Source: Octopus sinensis
Lineage: Eukaryota
Assembly (NCBI RefSeq): GCF_006345805.1
Contig: NC_042997.1
Coordinates: 78,740,001-78,804,000 of the forward strand
Length of the DNA stretch: 64,000 nt
Reading direction: 5' to 3'
Every line of letters begins with the position of its first letter. Position 1 is the stretch's first letter. The notes under the pieces were generated by a model. That model did not search any database. It saw only the letters and a program-made list of their open reading frames with translations, and was not told the DNA's origin. The position numbers and the translations under genes are program-made. Shown here piece after piece: positions 53,053 to 64,000 of the stretch.

Positions 53053-53127
53053 GTATATATATATGTATATATATATATATATGTATATATATATGTATAT
53101 ATATATATATGTATATATATATATGTA

Positions 53128-53170
<43 letters not shown>

Positions 53171-53172
<2 letters not shown>

Positions 53173-53925
53173 TTAAATCCTTAAATCCTTAAAAATGTTT
53201 TAGCACGAAGGCCGCGGGCATGCTGGGGCACCACCGCTGAATGAGCTATACTAATATGTGAATCCACCTCTGATCAACAAGGAAGTTCGATGCCGCTGCC
53301 CGCATCTGTGTCTCCTGTCGTGAGGTAGGTTCATCTAGGACCCACGACAAGAAGAGATCCAGTTTAGTTTTAAAGACACCCACATCCACACCATGCAAGT
53401 CTCTCAGGCATTTAGGGAAGACGTTAAAGAGCTGTGGTCCTCTGAAACCCAAGCTGTTGCAGTATCTGGACCTGTATTTTGATGGTGATGTTGGAATCCT
53501 TGGCACCATGCAGTGGCGCCCCGTTCTGCGGTTGGAGTAACTTTGAATGCCAAAGTTTGGGACAAGACCCTCCAGGATTTTCCAGATGTATATCACCGCA
53601 TATCTCTCCCGCCTTCGCTCTAGGGAGAAGAGGTTTAATACTTTCAGTCTTTCCCAGTAGCTGATATTTTGCATTGAGACGATCTTCTTTGTGTAGCTTC
53701 TTTGAATTGCTTCGAGTTCTGCTGTTAGTTTTATAGTGTGTGGTGACCAAAGTTGGGAGCAGTAGTCCAAGCGGCTGAGGACGAATGTTTTCCAGAGGAC
53801 TACCAGTGTCTCCTTCTCTCTTGTTCTGAAAGTTCGGAGAATCCATCCAGCTAGCCGTCTGCATTTTATCACCAGATTAGTAATATGCACTTGGAAAGAT
53901 GCATCATTGCTCATGTCAATGCCCA
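53171..53925 (-). mobile_element. CR1-type LINE 3' end with an open ORF2 C-terminus and (TTAAGGAT)n tail
   Basis: [34 protein letters not shown]; tandem ccttaaat at 53171-53193. Confidence 0.9.
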
Positions 53926-53944
53926 TATATATGTATATATTAAT

Positions 53945-53998
<54 letters not shown>

Positions 53999-54052
53999 CA
54001 TATATTATATATATCTATATATAATATATATATATATATATGCATACATATA

Positions 54053-54083
<31 letters not shown>

Positions 54084-54148
54084 ATATATATACATACATA
54101 TATATATATACATATATATGTATATATACATACGTGTATATGTATATA

Positions 54149-54189
<41 letters not shown>

Positions 54190-55099
54190 TATATATATAA
54201 AATACATTAAAAGTCAGCTTGAATCCTGCTTACTTGCAATATTACCCAGCATAATGGGAAAATACTGGCGCATAATATGAAAATACTATGAATTAAGTTC
54301 GCCTGAACTGTAAATACGAACGAAATAAAACAAATTTCGCGTAAATTGGACAAGTGGTTGTGGAGATATTAGGAGTTTTCGGGGTATAAATACCCAAAAC
54401 GGTGCAGCATGGGGAAATATTCCGAAATTAAGCTTAAGCCTGAAAGGGAAGAAACTCGTACCTTTCGATTAGATACAGTGACGTGAAAACGAAAATATAT
54501 GATTTGTTTTTTGCAGTAAATGTTTCTATTTTCGCTTTTCGTTAAACACAGTATTTTAATCATTTAGAAATATTTGTAAGTGAATGTGATTTCAAAAATG
54601 CAAGTTGTTTGTACAGTCAGTATTTATATTTTAGCTTTCTTTAAACAGACAATATTCTTTTTTTTTTTTTTATTTTCAATTGAATACCATTACAAAAATT
54701 TTTTGGCATACTTAAAAATATTTTAAAGAGAAAATGACTTAAAAATGCAGTAAGTATTTCGTAAAATACCCGTTCGTAGCTCGGTGTGAAATGGGGTTTT
54801 TTTCCATAGGTATTTTTCGAGTGCATTCGACGTATCTCACCTCCAAAGACTTGGCTGCTATTTCTAGCACGCCCTGCTACCAGGTAACAGTTATTTGCGA
54901 TAAGGGACCCAAAATACATGTTTCATGGTAGCAGAGCGTGAAAGAAATAGCGGCCAAATATTTCCTTTTCTGGGGAAAGTGCCCGTTTACGAGTGATTTC
55001 GCCGTCACATTCGTTGAAAGCATGCGAAATAACTGGAAAAGAAGAAAACTACGAAACAAAACTTGAACTTTCCCGGTGACTCAACGGGTCACGGGTAGT
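54190..55099 (+). mobile_element. Possible non-autonomous Helitron
   Basis: Terminal hairpin cccggtgactcaacgggtcacggg followed by TAGT; the 5' end is buried in (TA)n. Confidence 0.35.
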
Positions 55100-55118
55100 C
55101 TAATGTGTGTTTGTGTGT

Positions 55119-55217
<99 letters not shown>

Positions 55218-55289
55218 TCTGTATCAATATGTGTACATGTATAGTCGTCGGCATTAACTCGTGTCCGAGTAGTTAATTTATAGCGAGTG

Positions 55290-56694
55290 AGCACAGAGAG
55301 TGCTGTTGCCTAGCGTGACTGTTCAGGCCAAGAGCGATATATATTTATCGCAGGGAGGGTTGGTGGGGGCACTCGTTTTCTGCGTTTTCGATGTCTGATC
55401 CCTGCCTCTTGACGTCTGTTATTTTCCATCCATCTGAACCGTTCCCTCGGCGATGACATGCTCCCACTTTGGGCGTTCTTTGGCGATTGTGTCCCCAGTA
55501 TTTGGTCCAAGGAACAACGAAGGAGAGTGACCTTGAGGTGGTCTCGGAAACGGAATTTGGGAGCTCTGGTGCCTGAGGCCAACTCCACAAAGTTGAAGCG
55601 TACATATAATGTTCCGACCAGCGGAGGCGGTGTCATGCAATAGTAGCTTCAATGCTGGGCACTCCAATCCGGAGCAGAACCTCTTCATTGGATATGTAGT
55701 CTTTCCATCGAATCTTCATGATAGCACGAAGTTTGTGATGTCTGAAAAGCTTGATTTTCTTCAAGTCACGTCGATACAATACCCATGTCTCACAGCCGTA
55801 GAGAGTGTGAAAAGGATAACAGCTCGGAATAACGTGATTTTTGTTTCGATGGTGAGGTCGTGGTTTAGGAAGACTCATTTTGAGAGTTTTCCGAAAGCAG
55901 TATGGACTGCACTGATCCTATTCTTGATGTCTTTCTGAATGATGCAATCGCTGGACAGGTATCTTCCGAGGCTTTGAAAGTCCACACCGTAGCCTTGTGT
56001 CACTGGTGTCAATGGGAGGTTGGCCGGGGACTCCCTATGCAAGAATCTTCGTCTTCTTTACATTTGTAAACAGACGAAAACGGCTATACAAATTTTCAAA
56101 GATGTTCACAGCCTCCTGAAGATCAGAGATGGAGTGCGCAGGAATGCACTCGGTTTCATCAGCATACTGCAGCTCATCTACTTTGGCCAAGGTGGTAGAA
56201 GCGGGCTGTGTTGAAAAGTCCTCCATCCATTTTGGATCCAGTTCAGGCCTCGGAAACTTTCTCACAAAAAATAATGGCTTTCTCAGCTCAAGGGCTCTTT
56301 CTTGGAGAAGGCAAGCGCAAATGATCATGTCAATAGTACCTTGGGTGGGGCGGAAGCTGCACTGCGATTCTGAGAGTACTTCCTCAGTAACGACCACTAA
56401 TATATCTAACAGGATCCTGGCGAAAATCTTTCCAGTGATACTGAGAAGGGAGATGCTTCGAAATGTCCCCCAATATCCGATCCGACATTGGATGTCACTC
56501 CCCCCACAAACTACCCTGAGTTTGAAAAGGCCCTAAAACGCATGAAAGCATGGAGCTCCTGTCTCAGAGTAGTCAACTCGTGAAGACCAGGTTGTATATG
56601 CTTATCCTAGGCATGTGGGAAGCAGAGGCTGTTCATGCGGACAGATGCGACCATCATTACAGTCTTCAAGAAGGGAAACCGGGCAATCTGTGGT
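55290..56694 (-). mobile_element. RTE-clade LINE, decayed, with an inverted 5' segment (56463-56694 on +)
   Basis: FRSISLLSITGKIFAR, ESQCSFRP..GTIDMI, LQYAD, YGCETW, IRWKDYISNEEVL on minus; DATIITVFKKGNRAICG on plus. Confidence 0.88.
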
Positions 56695-56816
56695 ATATAT
56701 GTATATGTATTTATATATAGCAAGCCCAATCATGTTTATCCGCGTCACTATCTATCGATCGATCGATCTATCTATATAACCGTATGTATGTACTTATATA
56801 TACATGTGTGTGTGTG

Positions 56817-56948
56817 TGTAAATATAATATGTGACAATTATTCCGTAGCCATGATAAAACTCCGAGTTTCGGAGTAATTGTCACATATTAGCATGTCTAC
56901 CGGAGTTTTATCATGGCTACCGAATAATTGTCACATATTATATTTACA
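56817..56948. repeat. 132-bp foldback (48-bp arms, 1 mismatch, 36-bp spacer)
   Basis: tgtaaatataatatgtgacaattattccgtagccatgataaaactccg and its reverse complement at 56901-56948. Confidence 0.93.
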
Positions 56949-57015
56949 GATAATTCCTCTATTTACATAATATCGAGCTCTCTTTCATTCTTTTGTTGTC
57001 TTACCATTTCTATCA

Positions 57016-57047
<32 letters not shown>

Positions 57048-57649
57048 ATTATGCATATAAACACACATACATACGTAATACATACATATACAATACACAC
57101 ACACACATACCCACGCGCGCACGTTAAGAAAGATATTTTGTTAGTTATATTTAGATATATGTATCTATACGGTATGGCAATATAACTATACAACATATAT
57201 TTTTGCACGTGTACTTTGCAGGTACAATTATATACTAATTAATCAAAGTGAATTTAAATAGGTTATTGCACTAAATAACTTTCATAATGCCTGCCTATGG
57301 TACTGCCGTTTTCAGTACCAACATACATATAATACTCCAGACGGACAAGGCGGAGAGCTGGCAGAAACGTCTGTCTTTACTTTCTGAGTTCAAATTCTGC
57401 CGCGATCGACTTTGCCTTTCGGTGTCGATAAATTAAGTTCCAGTCTATCTAATGTATTGGCCCCCTCCCCGAAAAAATTTCGGGCCTTGTGCCTAGAGTA
57501 GAAAAGAAAATTCTAACTTTGTGAAGGAAAAATTGAATGAAATAAATATTTTTTTAACGCTGAACTAAAATTACTGCAACACGTGCCTAGGTTCGCTAGC
57601 TTGATCGTACGAAAGTTTACAACTCAATAATTTTTATTCTGGCACTCTG

Positions 57650-57951
57650 CCGGTTATGAGATGAGTGCACCAGCTGATCCAATCAATGAAACAGCCTGTT
57701 TGTGAAATCAACGTGCAAGTGGTTGTGCATTCAACAGACACGCATACTCTTAACGTAGTTCTCAGGGAGTTTCGGTATGACAAAAAATGCCATAATGCTG
57801 GCACTTCAAATTGCAAGTACTACTCATTTTTACCAGCTGAGTGGACTGGAACATCGTGAAATATAGTTTTGTTCAGGAAACAATTCGCCGCCGGGAATCG
57901 AACCCACGATCGTGAACCGAATACCCTAACCCCTAAGCCACGTGCCTTCAC
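57650..57951 (-). mobile_element. tRNA-derived SINE just upstream of SLC6 exon F
   Basis: Minus strand gtgaaggcacgtggcttaggggttagggtattcgg...ggttcgattcccgg; body matches 45120-45240. Confidence 0.82.
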
Positions 57952-57997
57952 TAATTTGTATTCTATAATAAGAGTGGCATATTTCTGTTCCACTCAG

Positions 57998-58110
57998 GTT
58001 TTAAAGCTTACAAAAGTTTTGAAGACTGTCAAAGTAGACTCATGGAAGTAACCAAGAACATGACGAAGGAAGCTCCTTTCACTTGTGATTTGGATAAAGA
58101 ATTAGAAAAT
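57998..58110 (+). CDS. SLC6 transporter exon F (EL4); not in the ORF track
   Basis: cactcag acceptor, gtaagt donor; GFKAYKSFEDCQSRLMEVTKNMTKEAPFTCDLDKELEN. The GFKA and CDLxxEL motifs are typical of SLC6A15-20 EL4, and the phases fit the flanking exons. Confidence 0.92.
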
Positions 58111-58706
58111 GTAAGTAGAAATAACGGATTGACTTTCGTAAAGAAATTACAAAAATCCAATTTTTTTTTTTTCTAAAGTTCGTATTCTTTCGTGTTTCAG
58201 TATGTATTGTCTTCTAAATAGAATATGAGACGGTATTCTATCTAAAGAGCGATTGTGTCATGGAAACTGAAGTATTTTTAGTTTCTAAACAATCCGAGAT
58301 TAGCACTTGTCTTTCCTTTCCCCAACTCACTAAAAAAAGCATTAATTATTCAATACTAATACATTTCTAAGTATTTATTAGTCATATCTATTCATATTGG
58401 TTATATTCCTCTCCAATTCAAATCTGTGGCTTTGTTCCCTTTAAAGAAACTATTATTATTTTAATTCTCGAATTAAGAAACCAAGAACTGTAACTTCTAT
58501 AAAATACTCAATAACATTCCCGTAAGGCAACGAATTAACCGAGCCGTTAGAGGGTCAGCTAGATTGTCTTACAGTAATCCCTCCTTTTCTCCATTATCTG
58601 AGTTCAAATAACACTGCCGTCAACTTTGTCTTTCATCTTTTCGGAGTCGATAAATTAATTAGCAATCTTGGAGTGGGATCGATTCGTCCGTTTTACGGTC
58701 TCTCCA

Positions 58707-58786
<80 letters not shown>

Positions 58787-59980
58787 GCAAGAAATCGATT
58801 TGGTCAGGCCTGAAAAGGATCGGCTGTGCCAGGTTTAAAAGTGTCCAAGATGTAACGAGAGCAAACCTACTGCAATAACTTTAAAAAAAAAAAAAATTAG
58901 AGAAAATGAGATCGATTATCTTTGGATTTCAAACCAAATAGGAATTTTTCTTCACGCACGTCAAAAACAAAACTTATTTGACAGAATAAGTGCATGATTT
59001 TGAATTTTTTTCGAAGAAGCCATTAAATTTACTCTGGTTGAAACTGAGTCATTAAGCAAATTATGAAAGTAAATTGTAATTTTCCTAAAACGGTTTGTGC
59101 AGCGACCTCAAGTACTATAAAGCCTTAAATCCCAATGTGGAGTCCACAAAAAGTGTTCTGAAGGACTATGAGCTGAGTTCGAAATTTATTGAGTAAATAG
59201 ATATTTCAAAAGCATGTTGTTCGTGGGAACATCCATGTAAGTAAAGCGGTCCTTGTTAGTGAAAAGCTTGGGACCCACTGCGTTAAATATTGCAAGCTAA
59301 ACTGTGTATTCCATCTACATAGCTGGAAATGATGTAGAAAACAATTTCGAAAGTGTATTTGAAAGATATTATAGTCGGGCAATAACAACATTTTTTAACA
59401 TTTTATGAGAAAATACCTTACTAGTGTTTCAAGATATATCGTTTGTTATGTCGAATCGACTTCTTGTTTTCTTTATCAAGTATATAATTTATAACTAAAA
59501 TTGGAAACAAACAGTCGATAAAAGTACTCTAATATATTTAAGAAATTTTAAACGAGCTATCATAAATATATGCCTCAACCTTGTCACCACCACTTCTCTC
59601 AGTTGAGATATCTAAGCTTCTTTCATTTTTGTACACTACTTCTATTATATTCCAGCTCAAACATCCAACATATTCAACCTTCAAGAAATTAAGTTCGTTT
59701 GTTTTTAATGTACTTACTCATGAATTGCTGAGTATTTACTGCGCGAATTTCTTAATCAACGATTATTTAACAAAAGAAAACAATTTTAAATGTATGTTTT
59801 TTATCATTATTATTTAAAATTTTTGCTGTTTCAGCAAGTGAATTACATATATGCCTCGAAAGCGATACGAATTATAAAAAATACACTCAAATCATGTGTA
59901 AAGAATGTTTTGTTTTGCTTGCTATGATATTATGCAAATTAATTACCCAAATTGACAATGTTTTATTACGTGTTTTATAG

Positions 59981-60188
59981 ACAGCTGGAGGACCAGGTTT
60001 GGCGTTTATTGCTTTCACTGAAGCAATAAACCAGTTTCCAGTTTCACCACTTTGGGCAATCCTATTCTTCTTGATGTTGCTAGCCCTTGGGTTAGATTCG
60101 ATGTTTGGCACTCTCGAGTGCATTACTACATTGGTCACAGATTCTGGCAAATATCCTTTCCTTCGACAGAATCGATTTTTTATACCAG
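59981..60188 (+). CDS. SLC6 transporter exon G (TM8)
   Basis: ttttatag acceptor, gtaaat donor; [43 protein letters not shown]. Confidence 0.95.
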
Positions 60189-60710
60189 GTAAATATCGTA
60201 TTATAATTACGTTAAAACTGCACGTTACACAACCTCATTGTCTGAGTAAAGCAATCATTATATTGACGAAGCAACGAGGGAGCTTCTACATAACTATTTG
60301 ACCTTCGAGAAATAACAGCCAATTTTCCCTCAAATAACAGAACTAAGATGGCAGTTTTTTTATGATTTGGTCTGGAGCAAGCGGGTATGCCTATGTCTTT
60401 CATACGTTCTCCGATTTTGGTGAGATTGACGCAGTTAATGTTATTTCCTGATCAACTACAAAGTAATGTTTGTAGAGAAAAAAACATTTGTAAAAGGAAA
60501 CTCCGGAGGACGTGATGTTCTAGGAAGGAAGAACTTGGCAAAGTGGTTCATCCATCTCCAAAGAACAGAAACCACTGTAATTGTGGCAGAAGAGGCCGAG
60601 CAAGGAAATCTGTTATATAAAATCCGTTCTGTCTGTGTGTGTGTGTGTCTTCTAGGATCTAGGGCATTCTCCATCCGATTGCGCTCGAATTTGATATGTA
60701 GATACCGACG

Positions 60711-61117
60711 GTATCAGGGCGTGTATAAGTCTTGAAAAAATTACAAAAATCGATTCCAGGTAAGAATACGATCGATAAAGCCGTGGGAACGTGAATTTGT
60801 ACGCGCAAGTACATCAGCTGTTGCGATCGATACTACACGTACGCGAGAAAAATGCTCGTGCAGTTTGCACAAAAAAAGCCGGGTGGCTTGAAATAATGCC
60901 ACAAAATGGGACGGTCGGACAAGCTGTTTTGAGAAAATTTGGTTTAAATGTTTAACAACTCAGCACCGTCCATTGGACGGAGGGCGTTTTGCTCGTAACA
61001 CATATTTTGATTAGAGGCTAGAAAGATTTGGTGATTGATTCTAATCTATTCCATCGAATCATTTTATGCAGACATGCAAAATGTTTGTAAGAGTACAATC
61101 TACAATGTCCCTGATAC
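60711..61117. mobile_element. Possible MITE
   Basis: 9-bp terminal inverted repeat gtatcaggg / ccctgatac only. Confidence 0.3.
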
Positions 61118-62272
61118 AAGAGCAACATTTCATCTGCATGGTGTTAGTAACTGTTAGGAGTTTTAATGTATTTTTCTACCCCTAAAGAGGAGAGCCTGTT
61201 ATACGGTCTTCACTCTTTTGAGGATATCAGTTCGTCACGAGAGATCATCTGGAAGGAGAAACGCTATTATTTGTAGCAACTTAAAGGCAACGATCTAGCA
61301 AAGTCTTTTATTGCAATATTCTTTCCTGCGCTCTGCACTCTGGGTTCGAATCGCGCCAGGGTCAACTTTTCTTTTCACCCTTTCGGGATCGAAAGAAGTA
61401 CAGATACTGGAGCTGATATAATTGATTCTTCCATTCCCTTGAATTCGAGGTCTTTCGTCTGTATGAAGAATTATTTGTAGCAATTTTGAGGGTTCTATTT
61501 GCGTATTGTTCGTGTTTAAAGAGTGCTTTTTTGATAGAGGTCGTGTCTTTGTGCTGTGAAATGGGGCCCATTTTGGCTCCACTGCAGAATATTTTCGAGG
61601 TTATAGAATATGTTAGGCGTTAGGTGTATAGGATGCATGCGGGGGAAACTTGGATGTGAAAGGTTTGAGAGGCGTAAAGAGTACATAACTGCAAGTACAC
61701 TGTTGATGCATAGAAGAAAGAGTATGAGGGGGAAACCGAACTTATTCACAACAGGGTTCATAGTGTGGATCAGAGGATGCTATACCATTAGTCAATGCAT
61801 TAGTCAAAGCCTCCGATCCAAGAGACGAGAAATGGATGAAGCTCATAGGCATGTATTTTTGCTCGTAAGCTTGCAGGCATAGTTAAATGTTTTGCTGATG
61901 TCAACTCAGTAACACAGTTTTCAACAAATGCTAGCATTTCTTCTAGTGCAACTCAGAAAATTGGGAGCATATATGAAGGAAATGTAATTTGTGTATATTC
62001 TTAGATAACTTGTTCTAAAGTCTTTCAAAAGAAATTATGTCTTCGACCTTTCTATTGAATTTCACCATTACCATAAAGAAAAAGAGAAACTACTCAGAAA
62101 TTTACACATAAATGTACATACATATACAAGCGCTCGCTCGCGCGCGCGCACACACACTGACATACTCACGTGCACACGTACAAATACATAGAAATCTACT
62201 TGTTTGAATGTGTATGTATTAATATTCAATAACTGTTTCTTATCTTTTGACATATTTCTTTTCTTTTTTCAG

Positions 62273-62432
62273 CTGTTTTGTGCCTAACATCATTTTTGAT
62301 CTCACTCAGTTTTGCAGCCCAGTCGGGTAGTTATACGTTTGTGCTCTTTGATGAATTCACCGGTGGATTACCATTGCTTTTTATAGCATTTGCTGAAGTT
62401 ATGTCTGTCTCATATATTTATGGCCTCAGCAA
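62273..62432 (+). CDS. SLC6 transporter exon H (TM9-TM10); not in the ORF track
   Basis: Long polypyrimidine tract plus cag, gtaagt donor; AVLCLTSFLISLSFAAQSGSYTFVLFDEFTGGLPLLFIAFAEVMSVSYIYGLS. Confidence 0.93.
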
Positions 62433-63513
62433 GTAAGTTGTTTTTCTGTTATTCGATGAAAACAATGTTGTTTCATCAGCTGAATCGAATACCAGAAATT
62501 TGTGGCGGAGGGATAACAGCCTGAATTTTGGGGGAGGGAATGATTAAATATGAATTTATATATAGAATATTCTTATACGAAATCAATAACCGATTGTGCT
62601 ACATGGTGGTAACAACTGATTTATAATTTTCAATACAATTTTCAATACAATGGGCGCAAGTGTGACATGATTATTGTTTAGAAATTCACTTCATAGTTCT
62701 ACTGATACTGCTTGAGGGTTATGCTTTTATGAAGGGGAGAGCACTTTAGTTTGACCTGCGATATCACAGAGGTACAACTTTCCATCGATTTGGTAATATT
62801 TTGACTCCAAAATTTTTTAGTATTTTCTCAGATTGTGCTACTCCAAAGGAGTCTTCGGTGATGGCACAGAGACAATACTTTGGATCTTCAATTCACCTAC
62901 ATGGATAGCTGCTTCAGGATCTGGAATATATCAGTCACGCATAATCTACACTTTCCAGTCCTGTTAATGAACGATGTAGATCTATTCACTAAATTCCAAG
63001 TTATAAAGACTTGTTCTATCTCTGTGGTCCCTTATTTTCCAAACGAATTGAAATTGTGAGATGGATTATTCTCTGTTGCTTTCATGTTAGTTATATCTGC
63101 TCTGAAAGTATTTGCAGTGAATCCTGTGTAATTTCTCTCGAGATACTTTACGGAATTTATGGTTGGTTATATATCATAACCTTAGAGAGCTAGTGGGGAA
63201 TTTTAAGAGTTCCTGAATTTATAGTTTTTAGATAAAAATAGCTGATCTTAATGTTAATGGTGTTAAAAGGCTTTTGGTATTTATGCTCAGATGAGAAAAG
63301 TGATTGTACTTCAGATATAAAATTCTTTGTTATGTTAGTGACTAAATTCATGTAGAATGATAAATTAAACCAATTTATTTTCCTATTGCTCACTTGCTGT
63401 TATAGTGAAGATGTTGTTTATGTGCCAGTTTTTCGCTAAAGCCACTTCTTCGTATATGTATTGTATGTGTATGCGTGCATAAATATATAATTCAATTTTT
63501 TTTCATTGTACAG

Positions 63514-63676
63514 ATTTGCTGATGACATTCATGTAATGGTTGGAACACGTCCTAGTTACTTCTGGCTAATAATGTGGAAGTATATATCCCCGCTTGTAAT
63601 GATGATCATATTATTAGCTAGTTTAATAAAAATGATAATAACTGGCATGACTTATGAAGTTTGGGATAAAGATACG
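63514..63676 (+). CDS. SLC6 transporter exon I (TM11)
   Basis: tgtacag acceptor, gtaag donor; FADDIHVMVGTRPSYFWLIMWKYISPLVM...YEVWDKDT. Confidence 0.95.
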
Positions 63677-64000
63677 GTAAGATTTCGACTCAAAAACCTA
63701 CTTCATTATTTTTTGACAAAAATAACTAGATACATAAGGATTGTTATTTGATTATTATGTTACATACTGGTTTTGAAGCTTCTTTTGAATCTCAACAAGT
63801 GTATCATATATTTTAGATGAAACACCGATCTTTGAGCGTTTTCTTTTGAGTTGTATAATACATGCATTTCTAACAGTTGAAGGATCCTTAGAAAATTACT
63901 ATTTTTAAATCTTACAACGTGAGATATTCAGCAACAGTACTTTGTAGTAAAGATTGTTTGCCAACATAACATGGCAGTCCTGGTTTAGGACTAATGTTGA

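Noticed and set aside
61610-61900. 90-aa plus-strand ORF inside the SLC6 intron, as a possible extra exon
   Set aside because: The flanking exons already join in phase; the minus strand resembles a decayed RT fragment (LVSWI, LILFLLCIN).

Overview
Eukaryotic, AT-rich, microsatellite- and transposon-dense genomic DNA. The SINE/LINE repertoire and very long (TA)n/(CA)n/(TACA)n tracts suggest a cephalopod (octopus-type) genome; this is inference, not proof. The one clear host gene is a + strand SLC6 Na+-dependent amino-acid transporter of the B0AT/SLC6A15-20-like branch. Nine exons (25272-63676) join in frame with GT-AG introns. The first exon has an acceptor, so an upstream exon is expected, and the 3' end lies beyond the window. 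The rest is mostly mobile DNA: a near-intact DD34D mariner, a decayed Mag-clade Gypsy element, a second Gypsy fragment, Dong/R4, CRE, HERO, Tx1, CR1 and RTE LINE pieces, Penelope remnants, Helitrons and many tRNA-derived SINEs. The most interesting observations are: (1) a 290-bp-period tandem repeat carrying type I hammerhead ribozymes (retrozyme-like), whose two defective copies could complement each other; (2) an ORF1-only (HAL1-like) retroelement with a putative TSD nested inside a Gypsy LTR; (3) a Helitron carrying the 5' part of a divergent relative of that ORF1; (4) a same-strand cluster of Dong/R4 inserts in (TAA)n tracts. All calls are by eye, without database searches.
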